From positions 1 to 64,000 of the IMG/VR virus record IMGVR_UViG_3300042988_000510: 64,000 nucleotides of DNA; one strand, written 5' to 3'. This stretch comes from a virus. This document shows, piece after piece, positions 45,488-58,600 of the stretch. Positions within the stretch are counted from its first letter, which is position 1. Each line of letters begins with the position of its first letter. The notes under the pieces were generated by a model, which was not told the DNA's origin, made no database searches, and saw nothing but the letters and a program-made list of their open reading frames with translations. The translations under genes were made by a program, and so were the position numbers.

Positions 45488-47732
45488 CCACGCCACCCCT
45501 AACCGGCTGTCACGGCATCCTCTGGCACCAAGATACGGTTTGGAAGCGATGCCCGAAAGCGGATGAGTGCAAGCGATACCGAGACCGATATGGCAGTAGC
45601 CCGGTGAGCCGCATGTGCCAAACCGTCGAATTTGAGCATTTTGTGAGGGCGAAATGAACTGGCGATGGCCAGCTAAGCCGGGAAATGGATTGGTGCCTTG
45701 GTATGTTTTCATGCGTCGCGTGGCATGCCTTCCCGGGTTTCATCTTGCCTGTGCTGTCGCCTGGTTGTTTATTTTTCTGGGGTATGGCTACCGTGACGCT
45801 AAGCGATGGTGGAGAGATTCCGCATGAACCACAAGCGCGGCAAGCCGAAAAACGCGCGGGCGGGCTGCCTGATGTGCAAGCCAAACAAGATGAACGGCTG
45901 GCCGGATAACAGGCTAGGGCATGCCGGGTTTGGCAAATTGCGCCGGGCTGTTCATGCTGCAAGCGACATGAGGGTGTGCCATGACTGAACGCTGCCTGGC
46001 CTGTGGCTCCAGCCAACTGACCGATCACGTTGAGCAGCGGCCGTCTGTTTGGGAGGGCCGCACGGGCACTGTTCCGCTGCGATTCTCGACATGCAATGCC
46101 TGCGGTTGCCAGCTGGTCAACGCGCAGCAGGCTAGTGCCAACAGAAGTGAGATTCTGAAGTTCAGGGAGGAGAAGTAGGTGCTGTGATTGCCACGGTTGA
46201 ATACCTGAAGCGCAGAGGCACTACCGCCAGGGGCGTCGTCATCGAGAGAACCGACACGACGGCCTACACCTGGGACCCCTTCAGCACCGCTGACACAGAC
46301 TACCGGCCCGTCTCCCGTTATGTCGACAACGGCAACCGCCATGAGCGGCGGAAGAAGGCAGCCTTGCTGCGGAGGAAATCATGAGCGGCTCCATCGACAT
46401 CCTCATCCTGGTCCTGACCGGGATCATCATCTTGGATGAACTGGTGAAGCGCCGGCCTATGTCCCTCATCTATGTGCCGGTGCTGGTGTGGTTGGTGACG
46501 GGGATAATCGCGGAGAGGTGGGTATGAAGGCTCCAGACGACCTTGAGTTCATCGTCCTGTTGGTCGCGCTGGCTATAGCCGTGACCATCTTGCGCGGCCA
46601 GATGCCTGGCCCACTGGATCGGGACAGGCTGAATCAACTGCAGATCGATGGGAGTTATGCGAGGTGACATGAAGTACGGATTCGTTCTTCTTCTGTTGGC
46701 TGGCTGCACTCCGGCCGTTCAGGTCAATCACGAAGTTCCGCAGTTGGACGCGCTCAGTCAGGGTGTCAAGAGGCTGGTGGTCGAGAACTGCAAGCCAAAA
46801 CCTCGGCCGACGCTGGCCATGCCCGCCATTCCGCAAGATGTCGTCATCGACATTCACGGCGACAAGATCGTCGTCAATGAGGGCGGGAGGATCGTGTTGG
46901 AGAATTTCGTCAAGGCGCGTGAGCTTTTGAAATGAGTTTGAACCATGTTCTCAGTTAGGCAGAAGAGGGAAATAGCGGATGCCGTTCAGAGGGTTCTGCG
47001 CGAGACAGGCCATCCAGAACTACCCGAAGGCGAGATTCAATTCAGCCTTCACGTAGACGGCGCGGAATCTTGGAGTTGGGCCGACATCCGAAACAACGGG
47101 GCCATCGCCGCGCCAGGAGTCAATCCCTGGAGTGAACCGCAGGATCAGGCAAGGGAGTTGCTCAAGCCATGATTGCCGTCAGTCTGGCCGCATCGATGCT
47201 TTACGGGGTGTTCATGCTTGTCATGATCGTGGCCATCCTTTCGCGTGGGAGGGAGGACGATTGAACGTGTTCTGGTTGTTGTTTTGGTTGTTGCCATGAC
47301 CGGTTGTCAACCGATTCGCTCATGGTCCCGTCAGTGCGAGCTTAGGCCGCGCATGGAGGGCGAGGTCATGCTCAACAACACCGAGAGCACTGAAGAGGCT
47401 GGAATGCAGAAGTTCCGAATGTACCTGACGTGCCCGATTTAACCACTGACTGTGCAATGGCTGACATGAGTGACTGGGACGGAAAAGAGCGCCGAGAACT
47501 ACCTCACAGGTATGAGGTGCTGGAGGTCTTACGTGATGAGATGGACGCTCGGGATGCTCGGCTAATTTCCCGGCTAGACAAGATCGCCGATAACCAATTT
47601 GAAATGAAAAGCAAAATCCAATCATGGGAAACAGGTGCCGCGATTGTCCGCTGGCTGGCCATCTCAACCGTCGCTGCTGTCTCTGGCGGTATGGCCCTGT
47701 ACGAAAAATTCCGGACCCACTGGCAGCCATGA
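45484..47732 (+). CDS. Cluster of small ORFs, including lipoprotein/spanin-like 46669..46935 and membrane protein 47457..47732
   Basis: Lipobox 'VLLLLAGC' with a Pro-rich body; several short hydrophobic ORFs. Individual boundaries uncertain. Confidence 0.45.
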
Positions 47733-48082
47733 GCTTCAGCGTCAAGTTTTCTCTGGGTGTCCTTGGCATCATGATGGGTGTCATGACTGTTTTTGCGGCT
47801 GACATGCTGATGAATAACGGGCGGATGATTGCTCATTCCCTCCATGCCCGAACGCCGGAGTGCTCTGGATCATGTCATGGCTGAGAAACATGACGCTGCG
47901 CGAGCCTCTCCCGGGCTGGCATTGTCGCGTCTGTAAGCAACCAATCGACTCCGCGCAACTGCGGGTTGATCCTGGTGCCCAGCTTTGCTGGCATTGCCAG
48001 TGGCAGCTAAAGGACGCAGTCGAAGGCCGGCGCTGATGTCGTGACGGCAGACTGATGGCGTCACCTCTCTGGAGCATGCCTG

Positions 48083-49408
48083 ATGTCCCGCACCGATAAC
48101 GAAGGCCGCGCCTATGTCGCCACCGATCCTGATGTACCGCTCAATGTCGAACTAGAGAACGAGGTCGGCGGCCCGCTGGATGTCAGTGTTGTTGGCGGGA
48201 TGAATCTGGGGTCCGTGTCGATTGACTCGCTGCCTCACGCTAACATGGGAGCGTTTGGTGATCTGGAAACGATGGCGCTGACTCCGGTCCTGCAGTTGTC
48301 GTTCGCTACCGGACTCCGCGACCAGCTGATCACGTCAGCGACTGCCAATAGCGGCACTGTGGACAGCGACACGGGCCGGCTGCGGCTGCAGACGGGTACT
48401 AACGCGGCGGGCTCCGCGATTGCCTCCAGCGTCCGTCCTGTGGCCTATCGGCCAGGGCAGGGTGTCACCGCCCGATTCACCCCCATCTGGACCACGGCGG
48501 CTGCAAGTTCCCGGCAAATCGCCGGCATGGGTACGCCGACTGACGGCTATTTTGTCGGCTACAACGGCGTCGATTTCGGCATCTGCCACCGCCTAGCTGG
48601 CGTCGATGCTTGGGTGACTCAGGCCAACTGGAACGGCGACAAGTGCAACGGCTCTGGCGCATCTGGCCTGACCTTGGACCATACCAAGGGCAACGTCTGG
48701 CAAATCAAATATCCGTATCTGGGTCACGGGAACATCCGCGTTTACGTGCTCGACCCGACCACGTCGTTGTGGATTCTGGCTCACACCATCCGCTACGCCA
48801 ATGCCAGTGCTCTGCCGCAGTTGACCAACCCGATGCTGAGTTTCCGGGCTGAGGCGGTCAACACGGGGAACACCTCGAACCTCATTAGTTATGTCACTTG
48901 CGCTGCCGCTTTCATCGATGGCGTGCGCGAGTACCTGGGGCCGGCGTTTGGCTGGGATTCGGGTAAGTCATCGATCACAGCCGAAACCAACCTGCTGTCG
49001 ATTCGCAACGCGACCACAGTCAATGGCGTGCCGAATCGCGGCTTGATCCGGCTACGGCAGATCAGCTACTCGTCGGACGCCAACTCTGGCTATGCCACGA
49101 TCCGCATCCGGCGCGGCGCGACTGTAGGTGGAACCCCATCATTTGCTGCGGTGTCCGGCACGATTGCGGGCGGCGGCGCCACCCTGACCAACGCCCAATC
49201 CACCGCCAGTGTCGACACGGCTGGCACTACAGCCACAGGGGGAACAGTCCAATGGAACGCGGTCTGCTTCAATGACTCGGCTGGCGTCATCGACCTGACG
49301 CCGTTCAACATCTTTATCAGCCCCGGCGAGACGATCACCATCTCCGGTGCGGCCACGAATTCCAGCACGCAGGCTGTTGCGGTCAACTGGAACGAGGACG
49401 TGCAGTGA
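48083..49408 (+). CDS. Virion structural protein, beta-rich
   Basis: 441 aa, Gly/Thr/Ala-rich; preceded by the late motif and a GGAG RBS. Confidence 0.6.
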   Translation: MSRTDNEGRAYVATDPDVPLNVELENEVGGPLDVSVVGGMNLGSVSIDSLPHANMGAFGDLETMALTPVLQLSFATGLRDQLITSATANSGTVDSDTGRLRLQTGTNAAGSAIASSVRPVAYRPGQGVTARFTPIWTTAAASSRQIAGMGTPTDGYFVGYNGVDFGICHRLAGVDAWVTQANWNGDKCNGSGASGLTLDHTKGNVWQIKYPYLGHGNIRVYVLDPTTSLWILAHTIRYANASALPQLTNPMLSFRAEAVNTGNTSNLISYVTCAAAFIDGVREYLGPAFGWDSGKSSITAETNLLSIRNATTVNGVPNRGLIRLRQISYSSDANSGYATIRIRRGATVGGTPSFAAVSGTIAGGGATLTNAQSTASVDTAGTTATGGTVQWNAVCFNDSAGVIDLTPFNIFISPGETITISGAATNSSTQAVAVNWNEDVQ

Positions 49409-52171
49409 CAAACTGCACAGCAACAGTTGGCGTCTACGCCAAGGGGCCAAAGGGAGACGTAGGCCCTATCGGTGATGTCACGCCGGAAGCCGAGGCGGCG
49501 CGTGACGCGGCCATCTTCGCGCAAACCGCTGCGGCCACATCGCTCATCGAGGCGCAAAAAGCCGCTATTGTGGCGCTCAATTACGAAGAGATCGTACTTG
49601 ACTCGGCCTCGGTAGCGTCGGCGAGCGCCGCAAGCGCCACTACTGCCGCAAGTACGGTTCTGGGCCAGATATCACTCGCCACCACCAGTGCGCAAGAGGC
49701 GGCCGCATCAGAATCGGTGGCCACGGCTGCGGCATCCACCGCGCTATCTCATCGCAATACCGCAGGTGCCAGCGCCGATTCTGCCGGTGCCTCTGCCTTG
49801 GCGGCTCAGACTAGTGCCTCCAGCGCCCAGTCAAGCGCCTCCAGTGCCCAGTCAAGCTCACAAACTGCGTCCACCAAGGCCGGTGAGGCGGCTGAATCCG
49901 CCACCACAGCCCTGACGGGCACAACCACCGCGCTGCTTGAAGCCCAGTCGTCTGCACTGCTGGCAAGCAACGCCAAGGACACCTCGGTATCGGCCAAGGA
50001 CGTGTCCGTGTCTCAGTCAGAGCTTGCCGTCGCAGCTGCGGCTACGGCAGTCGCCAAGGCTGACGAGGCATCACAGAGTGCCGCCTTAGCTGCCCAGGCC
50101 GACGCTGTTTGGCAAAACATTGAAGCCCAGGTAACCACACCGTTGGTGCAAGTGGCGACCAACCTAATTACCACGCAAGCCATCGTGGCCCAGGCGATTG
50201 CCGAACCGGTCGACACCGTTTTTGACCTTCGCCATGATTTTGACGCGCCGTACTCCTACTGCGGCAAAGCGGCAGACGGTTCGCTTGACTCTGCCGAGGT
50301 CTGGACTATCACCCGTATCGAACTCGCCACCGATGGCACGACTACCGTTACCCATGCCTACGGGGCGTGGACCGACCGATTAACCGCCACCTACACATAG
50401 CCATGCCTGTACTCACTCAAGCCCCACAATCCGTTCTTGACCCAGCCACCGCCTATGAGCGGCTCGCCTTTCGTTTTTCGCTGACTGCCACCCTTACCGA
50501 TGGTGAAGTCACTGATGGCAATCTGAGCATTCACGCCACTAAATACCGAAAGGTCGATGGCCAAGTCGATGTGCATGGTGTTCAGCAGCAGGCCGAGAAA
50601 GGGGCTAGCCTGAACTGGGGGCAGAATTCTGACGATGATGCCTTGATGCGGGAGATGGCCGAGACTGTGGCGGTATTTGCCAACAAGACCCAAGGAAATC
50701 TGACGCTGAATGTCGCATGGCGCGAACAGGCCGGCGATATTGTTGGCATGGTGCATGCTGCGATAGGCGATTGGACGTATGCCACCGGCAACAGCAACGA
50801 CGCCGAAGCATCTGACCCAGCCTTTGCCGAGGCATTTCAGGGTGTGCTGACATCGCTCGCCATCTGGTGCGCTAACCGGGGCTGGTAATGGCTGTTTATT
50901 ACGCACAGAACGGCAGCGTCAATATCAATTCCGCGAACCAGTGGAACACTGCGGCCAATGGCTCAGGATCATTCCTGACGTGGCCACCGGCGTCGAATGA
51001 TGTGCTGATGGCGAATGGCAAAACGTCTATAACGATCAACGTCAACACGACTGTTTCTCAGATCCGCAATGATGCGGCGAACGGGGCAGCGGCAGGTGGA
51101 ACATTTCTGCTCGCAGACGGCATCACTACAACGGCAAACGGCCACGCTGGTACCGCCAATTTATTTACATTTTCGGGCGCTGGCGGGACCAATACCTACA
51201 TTATAGGTACAGTATATGGTGGATCATCTTCTGGCATAAACGGTCTTCGCCATACCGGAGTTGGCACTATCCATGTCACTGGCGGTGTAACGGGTGGCAC
51301 CGCCTCTGATACCTATGGATACTATTCGACTGTCGCTGGAACGCTCAACGTCACGGGTCCGGTAAGTTGTGGAACAGCCTCAACCGCTGTCGGTATTCTT
51401 GCCGCTGGTGGAGGGGTTTTATCCGTTACGGGCAATGTTGCTGCTGGACCATATACGGCTGGAAACGGCATAAACATACTGACCGCAACTATTCAAGCAA
51501 CCATCACTGGCGATTGCACAGCATCAACAACGGTTCCGGCTATCAGTTGTGCGGCGCTATCATCTACAGTCAAAATAAACGGATCGCTGATAAGTGCCTC
51601 AAACGGCATCTTCCCAGTAGCCGGGCCATTTTTGTTGAATAGCGGATCGACGAATACCGTACGCGTTCGTGATTATGCGTCTGCTGAACAAACATATCTT
51701 CCAGTTGCTTACGCCACGACTTACGGCATGCCAGCAACTACGGATGTCAGGTACAACACCACCTATAACCTCGGCACTCTGACCGGCACACTGCGAGTCC
51801 CGTCTGCGTCTAGCGTCGTATCCGGCGTTCTTGTGGATAACACCACCGGCACCGCTAATTTACTGACAGCGGCGGATGTCCGCGCTGCGCTCGGCCTTGC
51901 ATCCGCGAATCTCGACACGCAACTGGACGCAATACCGACAGCGGCGGAAATCTGGGGCTATACCACTCGCGAACTAACAACTAGCGCGGGCGGGGCCACG
52001 GCTCAGGACGTGTGGGAGTACGCGACTCGCTCACTCACAGAAGCGCCTGACGTGCCAACCGTGGAAGAAATAGCGGCAGAAGTGCGAACCGAACTGACAC
52101 CAGAACTCTCCCGTGTGGCGAATTGCGCCACCGTCGAATCAACGGGCGACCAACTGGCGGGGCTGTTGTAA
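49405..52171 (+). CDS. Three fibre-associated proteins (49405..50400 Ala/Ser-rich; 50403..50888; 50888..52171 Gly/Thr-rich beta-solenoid-like)
   Basis: Short collagen-like 'GPKGDVGP', Ala/Ser coiled segment, 'TGxVxGG' repeats; coupled genes. Confidence 0.6.
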
Positions 52172-52232
52172 GCATGACGCATCACCGCATCGTTAGCCCT
52201 TATTGCCAATCACTTTTCTCCGTGAGGAATCC

Positions 52233-55184
52233 ATGAGCCTCGAAACCGAAGTCGCGTCTTTAACCACAGCCACCACCAATCTGCTGAATGCAGTCACCAC
52301 CAGCAAAGACACGCTGGATCAGGCTGTGGCGACTGCCCAAGCCAAAGCGATTCTGGCGCAGGATGCCGCTGATACCGCCACGGGTCAGGCCAATAGCACG
52401 TTCTCGTCGGCGCTTACTGCTCAGACCGCAGCAGCCAATGCCGTGGCCGTGACCACGGGCGGCACTGCGTCACTGACGTCATCCGCAGGGAGAATCCCGA
52501 TTGCCGATGCCGCTGGCAAGATCGATCCTGGGTATGTAGACCTGCTGGCGGGCGGGGTGCTGCCGCTGCATCGATCCCCCAATGCCATTACGGCGATGTT
52601 CATCTATGACACCAGCAAGGACTCGGATGGGGGCGCCTGGACTGAGCGGTGCCAACATCTGTCCTGGTATCAGGAAAGCATCAATGGCAAATGGCTTGGG
52701 GCTCACCCCAGCGAGTTGTCGGCCCGGTGCCACAATGCGGTACTCGGCACCGAGAAGGTTTCCAACGGTGACTTCACCACCGATTTGACGGGATGGACCG
52801 CCTCGGCTGGTGCATCAGTGGTATCCAGCGCGCTCAATCTGGTCACCAGCAGTGCCACAGATGAGACATGCAAGCAGACGCTCACCACGGTTGCTTCGAC
52901 TAATTATGTTCTGACGTTCACCAAGGTTAGTGCCCCGGGAAACGCGACCGATCTCAGTATCACTGTCGGCACCAGTGACGGCGGCAGCCAGTTGTTGAAT
53001 CTGGCCAGCATCGGTGCGCTTGGTGCTGGGACTTACTCTTATGCGTTCACCGCCACGACGGCCACCAGCTTCCTGCGGTTCACCAATGCCACCGATACGG
53101 CGGCGACGGTCATCATCGATAGTGTGACTGTCAAGCCGGTAACGACTCAAGTATCCACGACCGGTGACTACTTTCAACTCACGACAGATGGCAAGTTTTA
53201 CTCGTTGAATGCCGGTTCTGGCACGACTCAGGTTTACCGGGGCAACAAGCGGGCGTTCCCTAAGTTGGCGGCGATTGTCGCTGAGGCAACCAATCTCACG
53301 ATCTACGACCTGACGGAAGCGGGCAGGCCGATGTGGATGCGGTTTTTTGGGCAGAGTGGTATATCCATGGTGATATACAGTGCTGCCTCTTGTGTGTCGG
53401 CGCTAAACGGCATCATGCTGGTCGGTGACTCTACGTTCGACTTGAACAGGATAGATTTCTTGCGGGATAACGGAAACAGGTTTGGCAATACGAATGTAAG
53501 TGCCCCGTACAAGGGCAACATCGCATCACGGAATGCCTTATTGGGTTGGTCTGCGGTTGATTCTAGTCTGGGCTGGATTGCATCCCGAGCTATCAACGCG
53601 GTCGCCATGACGGTCCTACCCGATGCTCCAACCCATCCGGCGACTGGACTGAAAATCCCTACCATTGCCGTAGCCACGGGGGGCGGGATCAGTATCATTC
53701 AGAATTCTGGAGTAGTCAGGAGTTCATCCAGCACGTCCGCCTTTACCCAGGTCACCCTCACGCCTCAGTTTCTATCTGCGGGTCGCGCTGATGCGGTTTG
53801 GTATTACGCGGCATCCCCTGGTGCCTTGGGTGCCTCGTTTGCCTTATCCACCAAAAACGCGAGTACCGCCACCGATTTCAACGTCGGTAACACGACGCTG
53901 CTGAGGGCCAGAGACCGTTCGACTCTGACTCGCACATCAAGTGCCATTGTGCAGATGCTGCGCAACAATGAAGGCGCTATCGGCAAAGGCATCGCGGCGA
54001 CAGTCTCCGATACTTACAACACCGGTTGGATGGTTGGCGATATTCGGCGGGCGTATCTAGCTAACTCAAAAACCGCTGATCGCAGTTACAAGGGGGCGAC
54101 GGCAACTGAGACCGGTACGGTAACCAGCGCGGTCGCCAACACCTCCACCGACCTTCTGGCCTACTCTGGGTTTAGTGGGTCGAACTATATCCGGGAAGCG
54201 TACTCGGCTGACTTGGACTTCGGCACTGGCGAGTGGACGTGCAGCGCGTGGGTGAATATCCCCACCGGAAATGCGGCTGCGGGGACGATTGTTTGCCGAG
54301 AGCACAGTTCGGGGGCTTACATTCGGCTGGGCATCAACGCCACGAATAAGCTGGTTGCCACGGTTTACGATGGCACTACTACCCGCACTGCCACCACATC
54401 GATGAGCTACAACTCGGCCACATGGGTTAAGGCCCGCGCCAACTACACCACTGACGGCAGGGTTGCCATCGCGGTGAACGGGGTTGAGGTCGTGGCTACT
54501 ACGGGCGCGGCGCTCCTCACCCTGAACAATGGCAGTGCGGTGCTGACTATGGGCAACTCCTACGCCCTCGATGCACCGTTCCCTGGCTCCATCACTCTGT
54601 TGAAGTTTTCGGCATCGGTACCCAGTGCAGAGCAGGCCCTGTTCATGTACGAGCAGGAGAAGCATCTGTTCAGCGCGTCGGCTAAGTGTGTGCTCCCGGC
54701 AAGCACAAACGTCCTGGACATGGCTTACGACGATGAAACCGATACGTGGGCTACGTTGCAGGCTACGCATGAGTCCACATGGTCTGGTCTGGTTCGTGCC
54801 TCAACGCAAACCCCGAGCGCAGGGTCATTCGCAAAAACCGCAGCGGGCGCTGGCAACAAGTTGCTGTCACGCACAACGGTCAGTCCGGGTGTTGACGTGC
54901 AAATGCCTTCTCGCGTGCTGAGACGAGAGCTTCGCCGCCGGCGAGAGGCCGCGAGCCAGGACCTTGTGGCGTTCGATTTTGATGCCGTGACTTCGCAGAC
55001 CGATTTCGTGTTGCCCGTAGGGTATGTCGCACGGGTGGTGTACTCGGCTGGGGCGCAGAAACGCATCGGTAGCACCAAGGATTATGTGCTCGTCAGTGAT
55101 GGGTTCCGTGAAACCGTCCGCTTTGCCGTCGCTCCGGGGAACACTGTCTGGGTCCAAATTCACGCAGTCCGCGAGGTGGCGTAA
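52233..55184 (+). CDS. Fibre/receptor-binding protein with carbohydrate-binding-like and LamG-like domains
   Basis: 'NGDFTTDLTGW...IDSVTVK' CBM-like domain; 'DLDFGTGEWTCSAWVN...AVNG...MGNS' LamG-like domain. Confidence 0.7.
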   Translation: MSLETEVASLTTATTNLLNAVTTSKDTLDQAVATAQAKAILAQDAADTATGQANSTFSSALTAQTAAANAVAVTTGGTASLTSSAGRIPIADAAGKIDPGYVDLLAGGVLPLHRSPNAITAMFIYDTSKDSDGGAWTERCQHLSWYQESINGKWLGAHPSELSARCHNAVLGTEKVSNGDFTTDLTGWTASAGASVVSSALNLVTSSATDETCKQTLTTVASTNYVLTFTKVSAPGNATDLSITVGTSDGGSQLLNLASIGALGAGTYSYAFTATTATSFLRFTNATDTAATVIIDSVTVKPVTTQVSTTGDYFQLTTDGKFYSLNAGSGTTQVYRGNKRAFPKLAAIVAEATNLTIYDLTEAGRPMWMRFFGQSGISMVIYSAASCVSALNGIMLVGDSTFDLNRIDFLRDNGNRFGNTNVSAPYKGNIASRNALLGWSAVDSSLGWIASRAINAVAMTVLPDAPTHPATGLKIPTIAVATGGGISIIQNSGVVRSSSSTSAFTQVTLTPQFLSAGRADAVWYYAASPGALGASFALSTKNASTATDFNVGNTTLLRARDRSTLTRTSSAIVQMLRNNEGAIGKGIAATVSDTYNTGWMVGDIRRAYLANSKTADRSYKGATATETGTVTSAVANTSTDLLAYSGFSGSNYIREAYSADLDFGTGEWTCSAWVNIPTGNAAAGTIVCREHSSGAYIRLGINATNKLVATVYDGTTTRTATTSMSYNSATWVKARANYTTDGRVAIAVNGVEVVATTGAALLTLNNGSAVLTMGNSYALDAPFPGSITLLKFSASVPSAEQALFMYEQEKHLFSASAKCVLPASTNVLDMAYDDETDTWATLQATHESTWSGLVRASTQTPSAGSFAKTAAGAGNKLLSRTTVSPGVDVQMPSRVLRRELRRRREAASQDLVAFDFDAVTSQTDFVLPVGYVARVVYSAGAQKRIGSTKDYVLVSDGFRETVRFAVAPGNTVWVQIHAVREVA

Positions 55185-55630
55185 TGAGTTCCTTCATCAA
55201 TATGTTGGCAAACGATATTTGGTCCGAGCAGGACATCACTAACCGCACCGAAGCCATGGTCCGCGCTGTCATGCCCCTGCAAGATGAGTTGGTCCTGAAC
55301 CGCAAGGTCCAAGGCGCGGCGCTGGGCCAGTACGAACTGACCGCACAGGATCAGACCGACATGGGGCGACTGGCGCAAGCCGGGTTTAGCGCCCAGCAGG
55401 AAGGGATCGCCGCTCGGGCTGACATGACCCTGTTGCTTCATGTCTTTGAGGTGGAGGCTGCGATAACGCGGCTGGACCGGCCGGAGGTTGCTCCCGAGGA
55501 CGAGACCTATGAGGCCGATCAGGCTGAAAGGACCGAGGCGATGGGGGTAGTCAGTGGGGCATCGGAAGAAGTGTTGATCTGGGTCGAAGCCAGAAGACCA
55601 CCCGTTGAGTCCATTCAAGACGCGGAGTAA
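55184..55630 (+). CDS. Probable fibre assembly chaperone
   Basis: 148 aa acidic helical protein coupled to the fibre gene. Confidence 0.45.
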   Translation: MSSFINMLANDIWSEQDITNRTEAMVRAVMPLQDELVLNRKVQGAALGQYELTAQDQTDMGRLAQAGFSAQQEGIAARADMTLLLHVFEVEAAITRLDRPEVAPEDETYEADQAERTEAMGVVSGASEEVLIWVEARRPPVESIQDAE

Positions 55631-55633
55631 TTC

Positions 55634-58600
55634 ATGTCCCTCGACAGCGAAGTCCAAGCCCTGACGAGTGCCGCAATCGATCTGTTTGATGCGGTCACCG
55701 ACACGAAGGCTATAGCAGAAGAGGCAGTCTCCCAGGCGACATCCCAGGCGGTATTGGCAGACCAAAGCGCGGAAGCCGCCCTTGCAGTCAAGCAAGACCT
55801 GGAGGCAAACTGGTCTGACAAGCTGCTACAGGCAGCAAGTGAGGCGGCCCTGGCGACGCAAAAGGCTTCTGAAGCTCAAGGCTTTGCTGCTACCGCAGAG
55901 GCCAGTGCCGCGCTTGCGATGACCGTGGCGACTCCCACGGCGGATACCGTCAGTGCTCTCAGGGAGTTAGCTGACCCGCTTGCTGTTCGGGTCATAACGG
56001 TTTTTGGGTTCGGCGCTTCGGGTGATGGTGGCGGTGGCTTCTGGCGCTACGATCCGGCGTCCAGTGACGCGGACAATGGCGGCACGGTAGTCAAGCCGAC
56101 AGCGATAGCCAGTAACGATCCTGGCCGATGGCTCAGGGTTTTCAGCGGCAATGTCGATTTGGCGTGGTTCGGTGCCGTTCGTGACGGGGTGACGGACGAT
56201 TACGCGGCATGGGTAGCGGCCAACTCAGCCGCGTCTGATCTTGGGGTTGGTATTGCGCTGACTTCGGGTGACAGTGCCATAAAGCAGGCGATCACCCTGA
56301 CCGTGCCCGTACATTTCACTGAGGGCGCCAAGATCGTGCCTTACCCGACGTGGGATGTGTCTGGGGCAACCACGTGGTCGGATACTGTAACCTATGCCAA
56401 GGACGACATTGTTCTTTACCGGGGCGAATACTACAAATCGGTAATCAATAACAATTTATCCACCATCACGGATTTGATCCCGCGCAGGTCAAATATAAGC
56501 CCGGAAGGTGGTAATACGGCATACTGGACTCGCCATGTGACGCTGACCCTATCTGCTGGGTACTATGCCGGCGACTATCAGCACGTATTCAATACCACCA
56601 CCGGTGGCGGGATAGTTATAACCACAGGCAGGTTTTCTGATAGTAGCGTACTATCCCCTGCTCACTGGGGTGCGAAGGTTGGTGGGCTTGTCGATTGCAC
56701 ACTGGCCTTGCAGTCGTGTTTTAACTCGGTCAAATATGCTTCAGAGCAGGCGTTCAATCCGGTCACGGTAGCCGGCATGTCGAACATGGGGGGTAATGTA
56801 TTTATTCCCCAGGGCGTGTGGCGGATGACCGCAGGCGCCGTGATGTGGTCTGGCACTGTGGTGAATGGCGTCGGGAAGGGGTCCGTATTAAGGCTGGATG
56901 ATAACGTCGATGACGTTATTATGCTGCAGATGGGGTGTGGCACTTTCGTTGGGGGAAACACCTCCGCTAACTACAGTGTCTTTACTAGCGTAAATCGCCT
57001 TGCATTTGTGGGGCTGGGCGCCAGGACTCAAGCGGTTGGCCTGCATCCGCAGACCGGACTGTTTGGTGGCGTGTATAAGGACCTGTATTTCTGCACGCGG
57101 TACGGGTTCAGAATGGTGAATGTCCAGTACACGCAATCTTCTGTTTTCGATAACATCCAGACGTTCGGTAACTTAACCAACCAAAATATAGGTTATGTCG
57201 ACCAGATTTTACGGCTGCAAGGCAATACCAACGTAATCAAAAATCTTGCCAAGGAAATTGGCACCGGCAATTCGTTCGATCCGTATGTGTTGGTGACCGG
57301 TCCTTCGGTGGGCGTGGTGCATACCACGTCTGACGGCACGCTTGGGACGTGGAAGCAGAACGACGAACTGAGCCACATGCACATGTTCGGCGGGGCTTAC
57401 GGGAACGGCAAACGGGTGTTGGTGGGTGATGCCGGGATGTGCCGGGTCAGTGAGGATTCGGAGGTCACCGAGTATCTCAAGGACGCTCACACGTCGGCGC
57501 TCTGGTCTGTTGCGTACAACGGGACCGATACATGGGTCGCCGTGGGTGAACAAGGGGCCATGGCGTATTGCCGTGACTCTGCGCTGGCGCCCGATGTATA
57601 CCGGTCAGGCGGATTCATGGGGTATATCGCCGGTACGACATTGACAGTGACGCGAGCGGGTGTCGCTTTAATCGTGGCGGGTCATAGTTTGTTCCCTGAT
57701 CACGGAATTCTTCCTGGCACTTACATCGTGAGCCAGCTAGGCGGCACCGCCGGCGGGGTCGGCACTTATGAGGTCAGCCGGTCGCAGACGGTCGGTGCGT
57801 CTGGCAGTGTGTACTATATGACGGCCGATTCTTGGGTGCCCCTGCCGTATCTCACAAAATCGAAACTCAAAAGCGTTTGTTATGGCGGTGGGTTGTGGGT
57901 CGCAGTCGGGTTCCGCTACTCCCCGACCGGGAATTACACGGAAATCCTCACAAGTCCTGACGGCGCGACGTGGACGGACGTTGCCAACACCCTGACGTTC
58001 AATGCTCGGGGCGCCTGTTATGGCAACGGATTGTTCGTCATCGTGGGTGATAGCGGGAAAATCGCCACTTCTACGGACGGTGCAACCTGGACACTGCAAA
58101 CGTCAGGGGTATCAACCAAACTCAACGGCGTGGCCTATCACGACAATACCTATATGGCGGTTGGCGCCTCGGGTGCGGTGCTGGCATCCACGGACGGAAT
58201 AACATGGACGGCTCGCACATCCAACACTACGGCGGAACTGTACGACGCCACCTACTCCGGTTCGCTCTGGCTGGTTTGCGGGTATCCAAACAAAATCACC
58301 ATCAGCCCGGACGGGGTAACATGGACAGCTTATGACGGTGGCGCTGGTTACGTGCCCTTGGGTCCCAGCGTGTTCTACACGGTCGTGTGGGACGGCGCAC
58401 AATTTGTGCTTGGCTCATCCGCAAACGGTGATCCAGTACCAAACGATGTTATTAACACGACTATATCGGGAGCAGGCGGCAATCAGTTTGAGCATATTTT
58501 GTTTGAGCAGGTTTGCAGTCGCAATAAAAGCCTATTGACCCTGGAATATGCTCGCAAGACTCGCATCAAGGGTATTTGGTTTGAAGCGGCGGGTGTATCC

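Noticed and set aside
49810-49865. Short tandem repeat GCCTCCAGYGCCCAGTCAAGC x2
   Set aside because: In-frame Ala/Ser/Gln low-complexity coding repeat typical of fibre proteins.
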